DNA from: Marsupella aquatica
Taxonomy: Eukaryota; Plantae; Marchantiophyta
NCBI GenBank assembly: GCA_973895155.1
Contig: OZ316892.1
Span: 11,596,238-11,660,237, forward strand
Length of the DNA stretch: 64,000 bases
Reading direction: 5' to 3'
The position numbers and the translations under genes were made by a program. This document shows, one piece after another, positions 36,775 to 50,109 of the stretch. Every line of letters starts with the position of its first letter. The first letter of the stretch is position 1. Under the pieces are notes generated by a model, which saw only the letters and a list, made by a program, of their open reading frames with translations, had not been told where the DNA came from and made no database searches.

Positions 36775-39700
36775 GGGGTGGGTGCTGGGGATTCCAGGCC
36801 CCCAGCTCTTCACTACTTCAATTTTATCCACTGACTCAAATTTCTTCAATTCGTATCTATCTAGGCCACAAAATCTTTGGTTGTGTAGTTGCTAGCATTT
36901 GAAACCTCTCAAAAAATGCTGTATATTGTCCAAAAATCATGTTTTGAAATCTCTACTTGGATAACACATTATGATGCCTTTATAACTTTGGATAATACGT
37001 TTGGGGCAAGATTTGTGGGCCTCATTCTTGCTCAAATGTGAGTTTCAGGGCAAGTTTCTGGTATAAGTGGAAAGCCTGCGCCACCTAAAGGTGAATGTTG
37101 ACTGATAAACACGTAAAGATAAAATCTCCCAAGTTTGAAAGTAAATTAATTACGAAAGAAATTAATGAGGAATGTTTGAGATCAGGGAGAGGTGTCATTG
37201 GGTTAGTTGGGGTTTAAGTATTTAAGGGCTTCCACTTCTGACTTCTGCAATATAAATAATTCATGGTTTACCTGGTCAAAAGAATTACAGTGAACTCAGC
37301 GCACACTCCATAAGAGCTTACCCTTGATTAGTGCAGGCCATCTTCTTCTTCGCATTTTTTACGCGGGATAGCTTTTTAAGCATTTTTTTCTAAGCACACA
37401 CAGGGCTAAAATCATATTGCTAAATGACAACTTTAAAGGTGCTTACCCTTGATAAGTGTTTTTATGCACTTATATGTAAATGCATAAACTCCTGAAATCT
37501 CATTTATCGATAAATGCATGCCCATTCTTAGTAGGGTATAGAATGCACTTAAGGAGTGTGGGCACAGAATTAGGGCAGGGGTACGAGGTACAAGGCTGAC
37601 TACTCACTGACAGAGGAGTCCATAGCTCTGAATACACATTTAACAAAGGAATCTAAACGAAGTACACTTATCTATTAGAGCACTTGTTATGGGATATGCG
37701 CTTATCAAGGCATGCAACACCTGGTTTAGTGCATGCCAGATCCGCCTTCCCCAGAACGTGCACTTAGCAAGATTTCACTGTATAAGCCTCATTAGGAAGG
37801 TCAAGAGGACCAAATGAAATTAATAAAGTGGGTGTCTGAATAGACTAAAAAAAATGGGATGGATTGCATTGCCTGACACAATGACACTGAGAAATAGTTG
37901 TAAACATCTAACGGTGGCCTTCCAAGATGCTGGGGGGGGGGGGGGTTGTTTCTTTGTATCCCTCTAAGTTTAAATCTGAACTATGTTATGACTGAACGGC
38001 TGCAGTTGGCTTTACAAGAAATTGAGGGCTCATTCAAGTATGCTGTCTACAAATCCTATATGGCAAGCACTGGGCCCAAGGAAACATTGTCTAACATTTT
38101 AGAGCACCAAAGTCGTGGTCCAAAAGTTTCCCAACTCTAGCGCCGTCATTCAAGCGATGTACATTTCTAAAGCATTTTGGTCTTGAGTCAATCTTTAGAC
38201 CCGTCCTTAGACAAGAAGCTGCCCTTCAGTTAATTTGCCTCGATGAAAAAAGTCATGAGTAACCCCAACATCTTGTAAAGCCACCCTAAATTGTACTTGA
38301 TAGATAAGGATCAAACACTGGATGGGAAACTTATGCAAAGCTTGATAAGAAAGAGATATATATATATATATATACATATTGACCATCCCTATCACCCTTG
38401 CACTTTGTGTTCTGAGATTCAAACATCGGCTCAAAAAAAGGTAAAATAGCATCTTAATTTGGTTACTCTTAAATTCACTTCACTTTAGTATTTCTTGCTC
38501 TAGATATTTCCTTCAATGTAGTTGGCAAAATAGCCAATAATCTTGCACTACTAGTGCCGCAATATATGTATTCAAATATGTACCAAAATTTGGAAAGATA
38601 ATTTTAACATAAATAGTTGACATAGCTTACTTGCGCAGATGACATATATATTCCAGGGTGATATGAGATAAAGTCATGGCCTCCTTGTCTTGGAGCATTA
38701 TCTTGACCGGGTACTATTGAAGGAAATGCCCAGTCAGGAACCCTTATTAACTCAAATAAAATCTGCAAATGCATGATGTATCCCTTAGAGTGTTAGATTA
38801 GTAGTATATTGCAAGTTCCAAAAAGTATCGACCTGCCACTTTGCAACCTTGATACAAGCCATGTCAAAATCAATCTTCATTATTACTTTATGTAAGAAGT
38901 TACATATTTAGAATGTGTTAACATGTAAAGCTGTGAGTGTATATAAAGTAGCAAGAGTTATAAGAAGGTGCTTACAGAAGTCACATTACAAACCCACCTG
39001 TTCAACTTTAACAGTCGTGCAAATTTGAGATATTTCTTACATGAAATCAAATCACAACATCTTTGATATACAAACAACAACAAAATTTAGTATCTCATGC
39101 TAGAAGCTCATAAGGATTTTAGGACAATATGAAAAACAAATTAATTTAATTGAAAACAAGAGATCACCTCAAACTCAGAGACTTGAGGAGAAACTAAATT
39201 TACTTGTGCTTGGCGCCTCAATAACCACTGCCATCTAAACATAGTAAGTCCTTGCTGTAACTGCTGAAAACTCTAGTAGGAAAATGCAGAGGGGCTAGGG
39301 ACACTTGCTTGATTGACTAGAGTAAGAACTGTATTGAAAGCATGCGACTGGCATGCAACATGTCCAAATAACATGGTTTTACTCGGTTTGTCTAGCAGTA
39401 AACTTAGAGTAACAAATGATCAATCATATACTTGACTTGCCCCAACTAATTTCATACAACCAACTGAAAAAAAAGCATTCTGGAGTACTTGAATTGCAAG
39501 ACTTATATCACTTGAAATGTCAGCTTAAACTGAAGTCATTGTTGGGTTGTCCTAAGTTTGAGTAGACATATTGAACAAGAGAAGAAACTTTCTGCCCATT
39601 TTCATAGTTCAAACCAACCTAGCTTCAGTTATAGAATTAGTAGAAAAAGTGAACTACACACCCGATTACACATTCTAGTGCATGGCCACCTTTCCACTAG

Positions 39701-42700
39701 TTTTTAAGGGATTAGAAACAATAAAAAATTAGGTTGCAAAACATCTTCATCTCCTGTGAAAAAATGTACTTATTGAGAATCAACCATTTAATGGTCTCAA
39801 TAGCATGGCAAGGTGTAACCAAACAAGGTGTAACCAAACAACACCAAACAGGTGTAACCAAACAAACAGGTAAATGTTCAAATCCATTGATCAAATTGAT
39901 GGAATTTCACTTAAACCTTGGAACCTTAACTTGGCCAATCAACAAAAATCAAGACCAAGTCCAACATCAGGGAAGTTAACTTGTGCAACTACGTGGTACA
40001 AGACCCTCAGGCTTGTCCCAGAATCCTGAAAATTAAAGAACACTAACCTTGCAGAGTATATATTAACTTGTAAATAAAAAACTAAAATAGAAGAACAATA
40101 TTCTAAATTTGAAGTACTGTTTAGTGCACGTTCTGTGTGAGCCGGGACTACCATACATCGCTAGGCTTCTGATGTAAGGAATTTTAATTTCTGGTGCCAA
40201 GAAATTGCCTTCCAATGCCTATTTTAGAGCGTATATGTTATTCAACATCCAACTGGTACAGACATCTTCATTGCTTATGATAATGTTTTTGAGTGAAAGC
40301 ATTGTAAGTATTTTGCCATGAGGGGCAAGGTGATGAGTAATAAAGGCTTAACCACAGCAGTTTTACCCTTCGTTCCAAACCATAAATATTAAAATTTACT
40401 CCAATACCCAAGTAGGCAAATGTGTGACTAACAATTTTCTACAATCATTTTCAAGAAAACTTGGCAGTGTTTTTGTGCATTTGATATCTAAAATTCTTTA
40501 TTGAAGACATCAGAAGAAATTCAGTACTGGTAGTCATATGGATCGAGCCAGAATTCGTCATTATCCTTAATTAAAAAGTACCAAAAAATACGGAAAGGAA
40601 GATTGCTCCTAGTAGGTAGGTTTTTTAGAACCCATGCTTGAACCATATAGGTTTATTTACGTGAAAAAACATATTTAATTCTGGTTTTGATTTACATGTC
40701 TTAATCAAGCCTCTATACTTGGTATCAGTCAAGCACTGAAATAGTAATGTTGATTCAAAAGTTGTTAAGGACATTGTGTATCTTATTTGAAATTGTGATT
40801 GAATATTTGAGGAGACCTTGCCAGTAGATATGCATGCCACACATATGAGCCCACAATAGCTGAAGATTAGCCATATTAGAAAACCCCATTTTTGACCTTC
40901 TTCAGGGAGCTGCAACAATCCACAGAATGTTGAGAAGTCACACTGTTAACAATCCATTTCTTGATTTAGTATTCTTATAACTTCATGAACAAGAAGGACT
41001 GGCATGTGTTTACTAATTACAGTCTCCAAAGGAAGGACGAATTCAATTTTGTATTATACACATTGGTTTGGGTTTTCACAGCAAATGAGAGTAGGCATTG
41101 TATGCATCTTACACATGTGTTAGCATCTGTAAACCAGAGGCTGCCAACAATTGTCCACGCCCAAAGAAATGGATACACTACAAATGTAAGGCAAGTCACA
41201 ACAATAATTCTCCCTTTGAAGCGCAATAATCTATCTTCCTCCGTGGCCTCCCTACAATATCAACCCATCTATCACTTTGCTACACTTACTACATAATCCA
41301 AATTTAGGTGAATTCCACAAAACAAGCTGATCAAGCGTCAGTGCTTTCTTTGTGACTCGAAAAGTTGCCACCTATGTATTACATGAATATATAGAGTCAA
41401 AAGTAGTGGTGCAAAGCTCAAGCTGACAGGTTCAAGGCAATGCCCTTGACCACCAAACCAAGCAACATTTTGTCTGTTTTAAAGAAGTTAAAGCACTTAT
41501 TGAACACTATTCTAATAAACAAGCAAGAAGCAATATATTTGAATATGATACATCTAATTTATTTTTGAATTATAGTGGTTAGAGCAGATGATCTTTCAAC
41601 TGTTTTATTATTAGTAGCTTTGGATTTGTTCTGTTTCATTTTTCGTAGAAGAAGGTGACAGATACATTGCATTGGGAAGAGGCTTACGGTCCCATTCCAA
41701 GTGCAAGCCCATGGTTTATGAACATAAACACTCGAAATAGAAATACCACTGCATAATCAACCTGCACATAATATGATGATTGAATTATATAGATCACCTA
41801 AAACATGTGACTCTGTAGATGATATGTGCTAAGGAAAGTCAATTGTTTTCTGTTTAAAAATATATGCAATAGACTTGCCGCATATTTGCCATGACTTCTG
41901 CAATAATGTAAAAAAGAAGTCACATAGCAGTCAACCTCTCGTTGTCTAAAAATTTGAGGACAGAAGATCATACCACAATCCATACATGCAGAGGGTAAGT
42001 ACATTTGTTATATCTCTCCCAGTTCACTGATACAACAATTCTGTTCATCCAAAGTTAAGGAATCTTGTGGACATATCAGAGTTGGCAAAATGTGAATCTT
42101 ATGGCACGCTTGAGCTCTGGTATGCCAACTTTGATACAAAGTATGATTTAAGCATAGGAACCCAAAATAGAACCACTAAATTACCTCCCTACATCCTGAT
42201 AGTCAAACCTCAACAAAGCAGCCCAATTGCAACCTTTCTTAAGAACTGGCTAATTTTTTTTGTCTGGATTTGAAAGCCCTTTACCATGAGAAACAACAGG
42301 ACAAACAAAATAGAGGAGCATTGTGCAAACATGGAATACACTTGATAGCTCTGCAAGGCATTCATAACATGAATTGAAACCAACAATAATTCCTTCCCTA
42401 TGAGGACTGCACCCAAATAAAAAGATTCTCTGGCTCAAAGCTCTCCAGCATTTATTTTGGAGAACACTCTCCAGTAAAGACTGGACCATGTATAATAGCA
42501 AAGATAATTATTCCTTGCCTCCTCCTCTCAGGCAGGTATTGTTTTGCTCTTTTGTTCTCTTGAAATAAAGGTTCTTCAGGCTCTTGCCCCTTCTGAAAAT
42601 ATAAAATAAAATTAAATGATTCAAGGATTTGTATCTATTCCCCCCCCAATATATATATACATACATATAATGGCAAAGAGCAGAAACTTATTTGGTATTG

Positions 42701-42932
42701 TCAAAGCATTGTAATTGACACCCTATGATAAAGTTATTGGGCATTTCTTTGGACTTAACATATGGCAATAGCTATTAGTAGAGATCCTAGACTAAGGCTC
42801 TGTATAATGCTGTAGTTGTGTTTGTCAGCAAGTCACTGAGTACTGTTTCTATGCGCTGTAGGCCAAAGTGGTGCTTATATGTTACGAGGATACACACTTG
42901 TTGCCAACATAGATAGGAAAAATCCATCGAAC
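35155..42932 (-). CDS. SIS3: SIS3-like transmembrane RING-H2 E3 ubiquitin ligase. Exons 42932-42894, 42040-41974, 41761-41688, 41251-41113, 40909-40817, 39227-39168, 38762-38631, 36579-36466, 35888-35768, 35336-35155; start exon unresolved
   Basis: [84 protein letters not shown] and [46 protein letters not shown] match recalled SUGAR-INSENSITIVE 3 motifs. Exon phases are consistent. Confidence 0.9.
36734..36771. repeat. (GT)19 microsatellite in a SIS3 intron
   Basis: Direct read. Confidence 0.95.
37288..37780. mobile_element. Tc1/mariner(pogo)-type MITE in a SIS3 intron, 493 bp, TA TSD
   Basis: TA|CAGTGAA at 37286-37294 and TTCACTG|TA at 37774-37782. Internal repeats ccttgat(t/a)agtg at ~37322 and ~37448 face gcttatcaagg at ~37700. 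Confidence 0.7.
42041..42893 (-). other. U12-type (minor spliceosome) GT-AG intron of SIS3
   Basis: Donor GTATCCTC. Branch site TTCCTTAAC (42062-42054) is followed by only 13 nt to the 3' splice site, with no polypyrimidine tract. Phase 2. Confidence 0.85.
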
Positions 42933-44541
42933 CTGCAAGACACCCACATTCAAAACAAAACCAGGAATTTGGCACCTATAAATGGTATGCGATCATTCCA
43001 AAGATATTGAAGGAAGAATAACACAACTATACATGTTCGATGAAACGAGTTCAAGCTCGCTCAAAACTAAACTTGAAGGATGCTTGGTGGTCAACTCAAA
43101 TTTACTTTTTGAAGGCTTTTCACATATACACACTTCAAAGGGTTCTTTGTCTCTCAATTTCCAAGGAACTATTGTAGAAGTAGAGAAAAACAACCTAAAT
43201 TATGAAACAAGACATTTGGCAGCCTCTGTTTAGCAATTATATTAATCTCAGGCTCTCTTTACAAAGTTCTGTTTTAACTCAATCAAGCCCATAAAATGAC
43301 AATCTTGTAGCGCCCCAAGGTTCAGCAAACCAGACAACACTGCTTACCCTCCAGCTTGAACCACAACTAAACTAGCTTATACATCAACAACAATTGGTCA
43401 AAGCATTCAGTCACAGGGCAACGGAAATTAACACAATCACGCGTACCAGGATGTAGTCCAAGCCAGCCCCTCTAAGAGCTATTATGAGGCCAGCAGCCAG
43501 CATCACACCTAGTTTTGTACAGGCCAGCAGCTTGCTTTGAGGTATGCCATGATCCACGAAGGCATGTATATGACAACTGAATTCTGGGAAACAATCAGAT
43601 GCACACCAGGGTGGAAGCCATGTGGCAGCCATGAGCAGGCTGATTGACGTGATGAAGGTAGAATCACGGTTCAGTCTTCAAATTATACTACAAATGAGGA
43701 CGTTGCCTCAGTCGTCTGAGAGATTACTTTTCATCATTCATAAGATGATTGACAACCAATCAAGTACACCATTTGCAATCGGCCTCCTCAAAGATAGAGT
43801 TGATATTTTAGGGCATCATCCATTGAGTGATCAAAAATCAATCAAACACCACACCATCCGCAATCAGCCCCTTCAAAGACAGAGTTGATTGTTTAGGGAA
43901 TCAGATGCCAAGTGCTTGATTGCACCATTTGCCATCAGCTGCCCTAAACATAAAGTTGTCCAGAGGAGATCAATGCCATGGGCAGAGGATTCAAGAAGAT
44001 AGTTAACTGGGAACAACATCAAGCAGTTTGTCCCACTGCACTAATACCATCTTCATCCAAAAACTATCTCATTGCACAATTATCCAACAAGGATTGAGAT
44101 AACAAGAGCCTTTGAAAGTTTAGTAGGTAGAAATCACAACTTATTGATTGAGGTCACAAATTTTAGCTGTAGAAAAGGAATGACAGACACAAACAATAGC
44201 TTGGGGCACAGATTGATGACATAACATCCCACACTTTGACCCTACAGATATGGAAAGGTGTAAGGAAGATGGGATCACTTTACAAGAAGATGGAGGGGCA
44301 AACTGGTCACTTCAAGTGGATAGATACTAGTGTTACAAGTGTAAAGGTGTAAAGAGGCCATTACAAAAGGGGCTGCCTTGCACAGGTCTTAACCAAATTG
44401 TCATTTCTGGTGGTTTCTGAGGGAATTGCTAACTACTAGGATGAATGTGAAAGATTTTTCCTCGCATATTTCTACATCTAGTTTTACATAACGAGGTAGT
44501 CAGTGTGTGTTTCCAAAGAAAATGACCTTGCTTTCATTATT

Positions 44542-44968
44542 ACTAGCCCTAACTACTCGTTCTTTGAATGTGATTAGCGTAGAGGACAATAAGAGTGTTG
44601 CCAAAATATATTCATTATTCATATTCTTTGAAGGTTAATGAAATGATAAAAAACCCTACATTTTAATAGTCATATATAATATACCATTCTCCTTTCTATG
44701 CACATCCGTCTTTGTATGCACATCCTTCTTTCTATGCACATATGTTGTGGTGGGGCCATAGTGCCCATTTTCTGAATCTAAATACTTAGAAATTATCACA
44801 AAAAACTTGCATGTACCGGTTGACATACATCATAGTCTGAAGTTTTTCCCATGCACATGAGTTTTTTCATGCACATCATGACCATGGAGTTACAGTCTAG
44901 AGGCTTCACTCTAGACCTAGGCTCTTAAAAGTAGACTTCAGTTTGTGCTTTTATAGTAAGATTTTTGC
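44542..44968 (+). mobile_element. Single-arm copy of the 31881-32923 foldback element
   Basis: Starts actagccctaactactcgttctttgaatgtga and shares tttgaaggttaatgaaatgataaaaaa, tctatgcacatcc, tggtggggccatag, gtctagaggcttcactct and gtaagatttt in order. Confidence 0.85.
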
Positions 44969-47304
44969 TGTGGGAAGTATTTTATTGATGTTTTAGGGAT
45001 TGACCCTGATATCATTGTCATCTCTTTATACAAATACTGGCATTGTCTCGAGTACTGAATCTATTGTGGCGGGAACTCTATACAACTCTTGATGGACCAT
45101 TTCATTTGGGATCACCATTGTCATCAACCGTTAGTTTGATCTTGTTGGGATCTCGGTCGGGATGTCAAGTTTGATATTATTAAGTACCTCATCAAATTAT
45201 ATATTTTATGATTCCATGATGTATTATCATTCAATGCTTGTTCCAATGATAGACCTATTTGTAAACTCATGACTTTTGTATGTGTTGGTCTTCAAACATG
45301 GATTTGGTTGCCAAAAAGTTTTCATGTAGTGCCACTTTTTGTCAAGAAAGAGTCACAGTAATGCCTAAGCAAGTTGCAGAAAGGTTCTAGTTTGAAAACC
45401 TTCCATAAAACTTGCACTAAAACAGTCATGACCCCCATCATGACCTTGCCTACAGGTTTGATGAACTTCAGATTGTCAAATTGCCTCATTTGAACCATCC
45501 AAACAGATGATTTACAGAATCAAATTGTTCCCAAAGCTTAATTTCTCATCATCCATGCATGGAAAGATGGAGTGGGGTGGTTTTGTCTGTGAAGTAGTGT
45601 ACATTGGCCTTGTGTAAAGTTCTTAAGTATGATTTGCTACATCTTGGACATTAGTCCAAAGTAGTGGAATGTTCCTTTGAGTTAGCCTACATTGTGTCCA
45701 GGGCAATGCAGCATAATTGTGATTGATATGAGTGACCACATGCAGGTCATAGCATTCCTTTTGCTGGTGCAGCTTTTGGCGTCTCTGAGTTTGCCGACAA
45801 ACATGATTCTGTTCCTTTTGGGGGAATCCTTGCATTGGTGGGTTTTGTGCTGCTGCATCCTCCAAATCACCCATTTGGTTAAACCACTACTATTAGTCAT
45901 CAGTTCTGGAGGTACCAAAACCCACTATAATTGAGATCATTTTCCTAAAATCATGGAGGAAACTACCAAAGTAAAGGAGGGCACCAGCCAATTCTTTGAG
46001 GGAAAAAATTAGCCAATCACTTGTCTAAATAATACTCAGCTTGAAATTTAAAAATTCTGTTTCATTTTCCATCACTTAATGCACTAGGGGGAGTGTTAGC
46101 GGGAGTGTTAGCCACTAAATACTCTGCAATAGTCAGAAAGTACTGTATAATTGAAATAACTCCATAATAAGTTTGTCTGGAGGGTAAAATAGTAGCCACC
46201 TTGGCTATTGTTTAAAAACAAGGACAAAAATGGCTGGAGGGCACAGGGCAATGGGAAACAAGAGGAAAATTTGGACACTTCCACCTTATGTAGTGAGAGA
46301 GTCGTGGCTTAAGAGCTGGTCCATAGGAAGGTTCTGTGAGCTGGTTGTGGTGCCCCTGTCCTGGATATTTAGAGTGGGGTCCTATGCAGTACGGGCATGG
46401 AGTGCCCACACTGCGGACCCCATGCTACCCCCCATTTCCCCCAAATTTTGGAGAGTCGTTGGACTACTCGGGCCACAGTCGCATGGGGCGACTGTGGCGC
46501 TCCCTGCCCCCTGCATCCACCCTTGCACCCGGTCTCCAATACCCAGCCCAGGCCCAACTCCACTCACAGGCCCGACTCCACCCAGGCCCGACTCTGCCTA
46601 GGCCTGACTCTGCCTAGGCCCGACTCCACCGAGCCCAACATTGATCAAGTGCGCATCCACAAGGCCGTGGCGATGCCATAGCTCGAGCTCTCATGAAGCT
46701 GAAACTTTTTCCATTGATGTGTGCATGTGCTGAAATGGGGTCAATAACCATGTAGCTTGTTGGCATCCACATACCTGATATTTCACGGTTGCAGAACTCC
46801 AAAACCTGTCAATCAAGCACAAAATTGATACGCTTCTCAATCAACGTGGATTTCTCCCGGCTCCAGACCTAATCCGTCCAGCTGCATAGTCTGTAGCTTG
46901 AGAAACTCAATACACACTTGTGGCTTGTTGCACCAGAGACGACTTCGGAGCTTCCACATGGGCTGCCTCAAATGTGGTAAGCATATTCACAGGAAATTTT
47001 CACAGGAAGTTTGAGTGGAGGCTTGCTTCTGTGACTTTGGCGACTCTCACTTCAGGTGTGTAAAGTGATTGTTCCTTCAATTGAAATTTTCCTTCAAATC
47101 CTTCAATTGAGATTTTGAATACCATATATTCCTGCAATTTAAATTTGTGCACCATGTAATGCTGGCTGATTGCTCCTGCAAATTGCGAAATCTGTAATTG
47201 CAAAATTTGTTAAGAAGCACTGTGACGTGACAGTACTCTGAAATTTAAGTAATTGCTTGCAATTGATATTCATTGTAGGTACAAGCTGTTCTATGTGACT
47301 TCCC

Positions 47305-48751
47305 ATGGCAGGGGTGAATACTGGTGGGGATGTGCTGCCCAATGACCTTCCTGATCTCAATCTCTCTTTGCAAGCTAATGTGGGGCAGAGCAGACCTCCC
47401 CCTCGCAGGTTCCAACCTGCATCAGGACCAGATTCAATTCACTCCATAGTGCGAACAATTGCTTCTTTGATGGCCTCAGTTGCCACTATTGTCCAGTTGA
47501 TGGTGCCTTTGTTTGAGAATTCAAACTTTCTCCTACTTGACTCCATGGACAGTACTGAACCTACCCAATCAGCTCTGTGCAGAGCACTCTTGTTTTCTCA
47601 TATAGTCCCCTCCTTTCTGCAAGCACTTGGGTTAGTTTATATTAGGCCAAGACAGGTCGTAGATCAGTGGTATATTAAACCCCGCACACGACAACGATTA
47701 ATAATTTGGATTGATCGATGAGACACCATGGGAGGATCCTCACCGCTTTCAGGAGTTTTTCAGAATTGGTCCCCCACTTTTTTTTCTATATATGTGAGCT
47801 TCTACATGACGATATGATCACAGATCCTCCTGTTTCACTGTGAATCCTGCCTAATCGTCAGCTGTTGGCAATGAGGCAAGTTGCTCTTGCATTGAGACGT
47901 CTGGCTACAGGGGACACATTTCTCACGTTGGGTGAATTGTTTGGAGTTTCAAAGAGTTCTGCTTTGAAGGTGACATGGAAATTCATTTCCTCTTTGCGTA
48001 GGAGAGCTGCCCATGTCATTCGATGGCCAGATGAGGCTGGCATTCTCCAAGTTAAACAAGGATTTCAAGATAGATGGGGTTTTCCAAATTGTTGTGGAGC
48101 TATTGACGGCACTCACTTTCCAATTGAGTTGCCATTTGGTGAAGACTCTACGCAATACTATGATTGGAAGCACAAGCTCTCAGTGTCCATGCAGGCAATA
48201 TTTGACCAGAAATTGAGATTTTTAGATGTATGTTGTGGGCTGCCAGGAAGCATTCAAATACAAGATTGATGAGGATGTCCCGGTTTTATTACCAAGTGAC
48301 AGAACACCGTACTCGATTGAGTGGGCCCCTATTCCGCTGTGAAGACGACAGGATGCTGCAAGAGTACATTCTTGGGGATGCAGGGTACCCATTACTCCCT
48401 TGGCTAATTGTTCCATTTCCAAGAGGTGCTTCACAGCAAACTGATGTTTTTAATTACAAGCTTTCTAGCACTAGAATGTGTGTCGAAAGGGCTTTTGGTA
48501 GGCTGAAAGGGACGTGGAGAATTCTCAGTAGGGTATTGTGGAAGCCTCGCATTGAGCGACTTGGACCAATGATTTTTTCCTGTTATGTGCTGCACAATCT
48601 TATCATAGACAGGAATGATGGGTTGCCAAATGTTGTGTGGCAAAACTATCCACCTCACCCGCCAGACTATGCAAGAGTGTTACATCCCAACCGAAGAATG
48701 TATAGAGGGGGACCAGAAGCACGAATGGCATTAAGGGACCATATAGGATAG
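47305..48751 (+). pseudogene. Harbinger DDE transposase (HARBI1/ALP1-like, DDE_Tnp_4), disrupted
   Basis: FQEFFRI, VALALRRLATGDT..LGELFGVSKSS, GFPNCCGAIDGTH, SMQAIFD, YILGDAGYPLLPWLIVPF and FNYKLSSTRMCVERAFGRLKGTWRIL. Frameshifts near 47700-47730, 47785 and 48255, plus an in-frame TGA at 47841. Confidence 0.92.
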
Positions 48752-49103
48752 ATAGTAGTTGAAGTGGGCACTTGGATCTACAATGTTGGTGCCATTGTAA
48801 TGAAATCTCTTATTGAAATAATATTTTAAAAATTCTACTGCTTCTGTTTTGAGAAGGTCTTGTCTGTACTTTTTTGTGGAGTTACAAATTCCTGAATTGG
48901 ATAACATGAGTGGTTGCTGCCGTCAAACTCTAGATGTCACATATTCATACAAGAATTGTCCACAACCAGGAGAGAAAGTGTCCACAATCACTGTATGTAC
49001 AGCAATATTCAATGTTTGATAGACATAAGCTTCCATATTCAATATGAAAAAAACCTAGACTTTGTAGGGTGTCTCATCTATGTCTCAATCCATCTGCAAG
49101 GTA

Positions 49104-50109
49104 TCAAACAGAGTCGGCAATGAATGCCAAAGCATTCGCAACATCTATCCCTGTCTGACGGGCAGATCGAGTAGCTTCAACCTGAGCAGACAAGGTATCA
49201 ATATGTCTCTTGTTGTTAAACATGAGGACCTCATTGTGCTCCTCCCTTCTTGCCGTACGATCTTCAGCAATTGCTGTAACAAAATGTTCAGTGATTTTGT
49301 GCATCTCGTCTCTGGTCCGCTCAGATGTTTTCTTTCTTTTCCAACCCCTAGTGGTTGATGGGTCAGTGACCCCCTGTCCGGTGACTGAGGCTAGGCTTCT
49401 TCCAGTTGGGGTAGGGTTGGGGGACTGGGTAGGCTGAGGTGGTGTGGATTGATCCCTTCCCATGTGGCCAGTCTCAGAAGCAGGAGTGGAAGTATCTTGG
49501 GTGGCAGACGGTGGTACGTATGAGCTATCAAAAGGCTCTGCATCAAAATCCAAGTCCTCATACATAGCATCTGGGCTTTCGCCATTTGTGTCACCTCCAC
49601 CCATGTCAGAAGTGGTATTGGACCAGGGCTGGGAGGGAGGATTACAGTGGGCTCTAGATTGTCGAATTGCTTCTGTGACCTCTGCATCCGTTGTGCTATC
49701 AACATAATGATTTGGATCTGGATTGACTGCTCTGTTTGCTGGCACAAATACCACCATTGACTCATAAACATCTTCTTGGAAAACAGTTGGCAAGCTTCGA
49801 TCCTTCCTATCAGATCTAGACAACTCAAAAGTACCCATCACCACCTGAGGGAGTGTGGGTCTGGAAATCATAAATTTTCTTGAAATCCGTGAGTAACTTC
49901 TCCCACCTTTTCTTGCACTGCCTCCAGCCCCTTTGAACATTGCTGGCTTTGCACTTGTCTTCAATGTCCTTCCACCTTTGCTCAACTGTCCGAATTCGTT
50001 CTCTGGATGAGTCCAACTGAGACTGATCTTGCTGGTACTTCTTGCTGTCAACAAGAACCAGAAGTTCTCTGGTGTCCCATTGAGCACTACCACGTCTATC
50101 CTTTGCCAT
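49104..50109 (-). pseudogene. Harbinger Myb/SANT-like (trihelix) DNA-binding partner, with one frameshift at ~49826
   Basis: W.TRELLVLVDSKK...EQRWKDIEDKC....VQRGWRQCKKRWEKLLTDFKKIYDFQ. After removing one T in tactttt|gag it continues YF-ELSRSDRKDRSLPTVFQEDVYESM, then a low-complexity linker, KRKK and a C-terminal helix. Confidence 0.88.

Noticed and set aside
39811-39866. ggtgtaaccaaaca x3 in a SIS3 intron
   Set aside because: Simple slippage minisatellite; the GVTKQ ORF over it has no support.
43760-43960. Three short diverged repeats (caccat..gc.atc.gc...aaa.a.a.agttg)
   Set aside because: Real but highly degenerate and short; nothing suggests function beyond local duplication.
45400-45950. 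LINE-like remnant (KWVIWR motif)
   Set aside because: Only one short motif; no RT, endonuclease or RNase H signature could be read.
49829-50093. N-terminal part of the 329-aa ORF 49104..50093
   Set aside because: Wrong frame; the trihelix domain is in ORF 49825..50109 and joins by a 1-bp frameshift.
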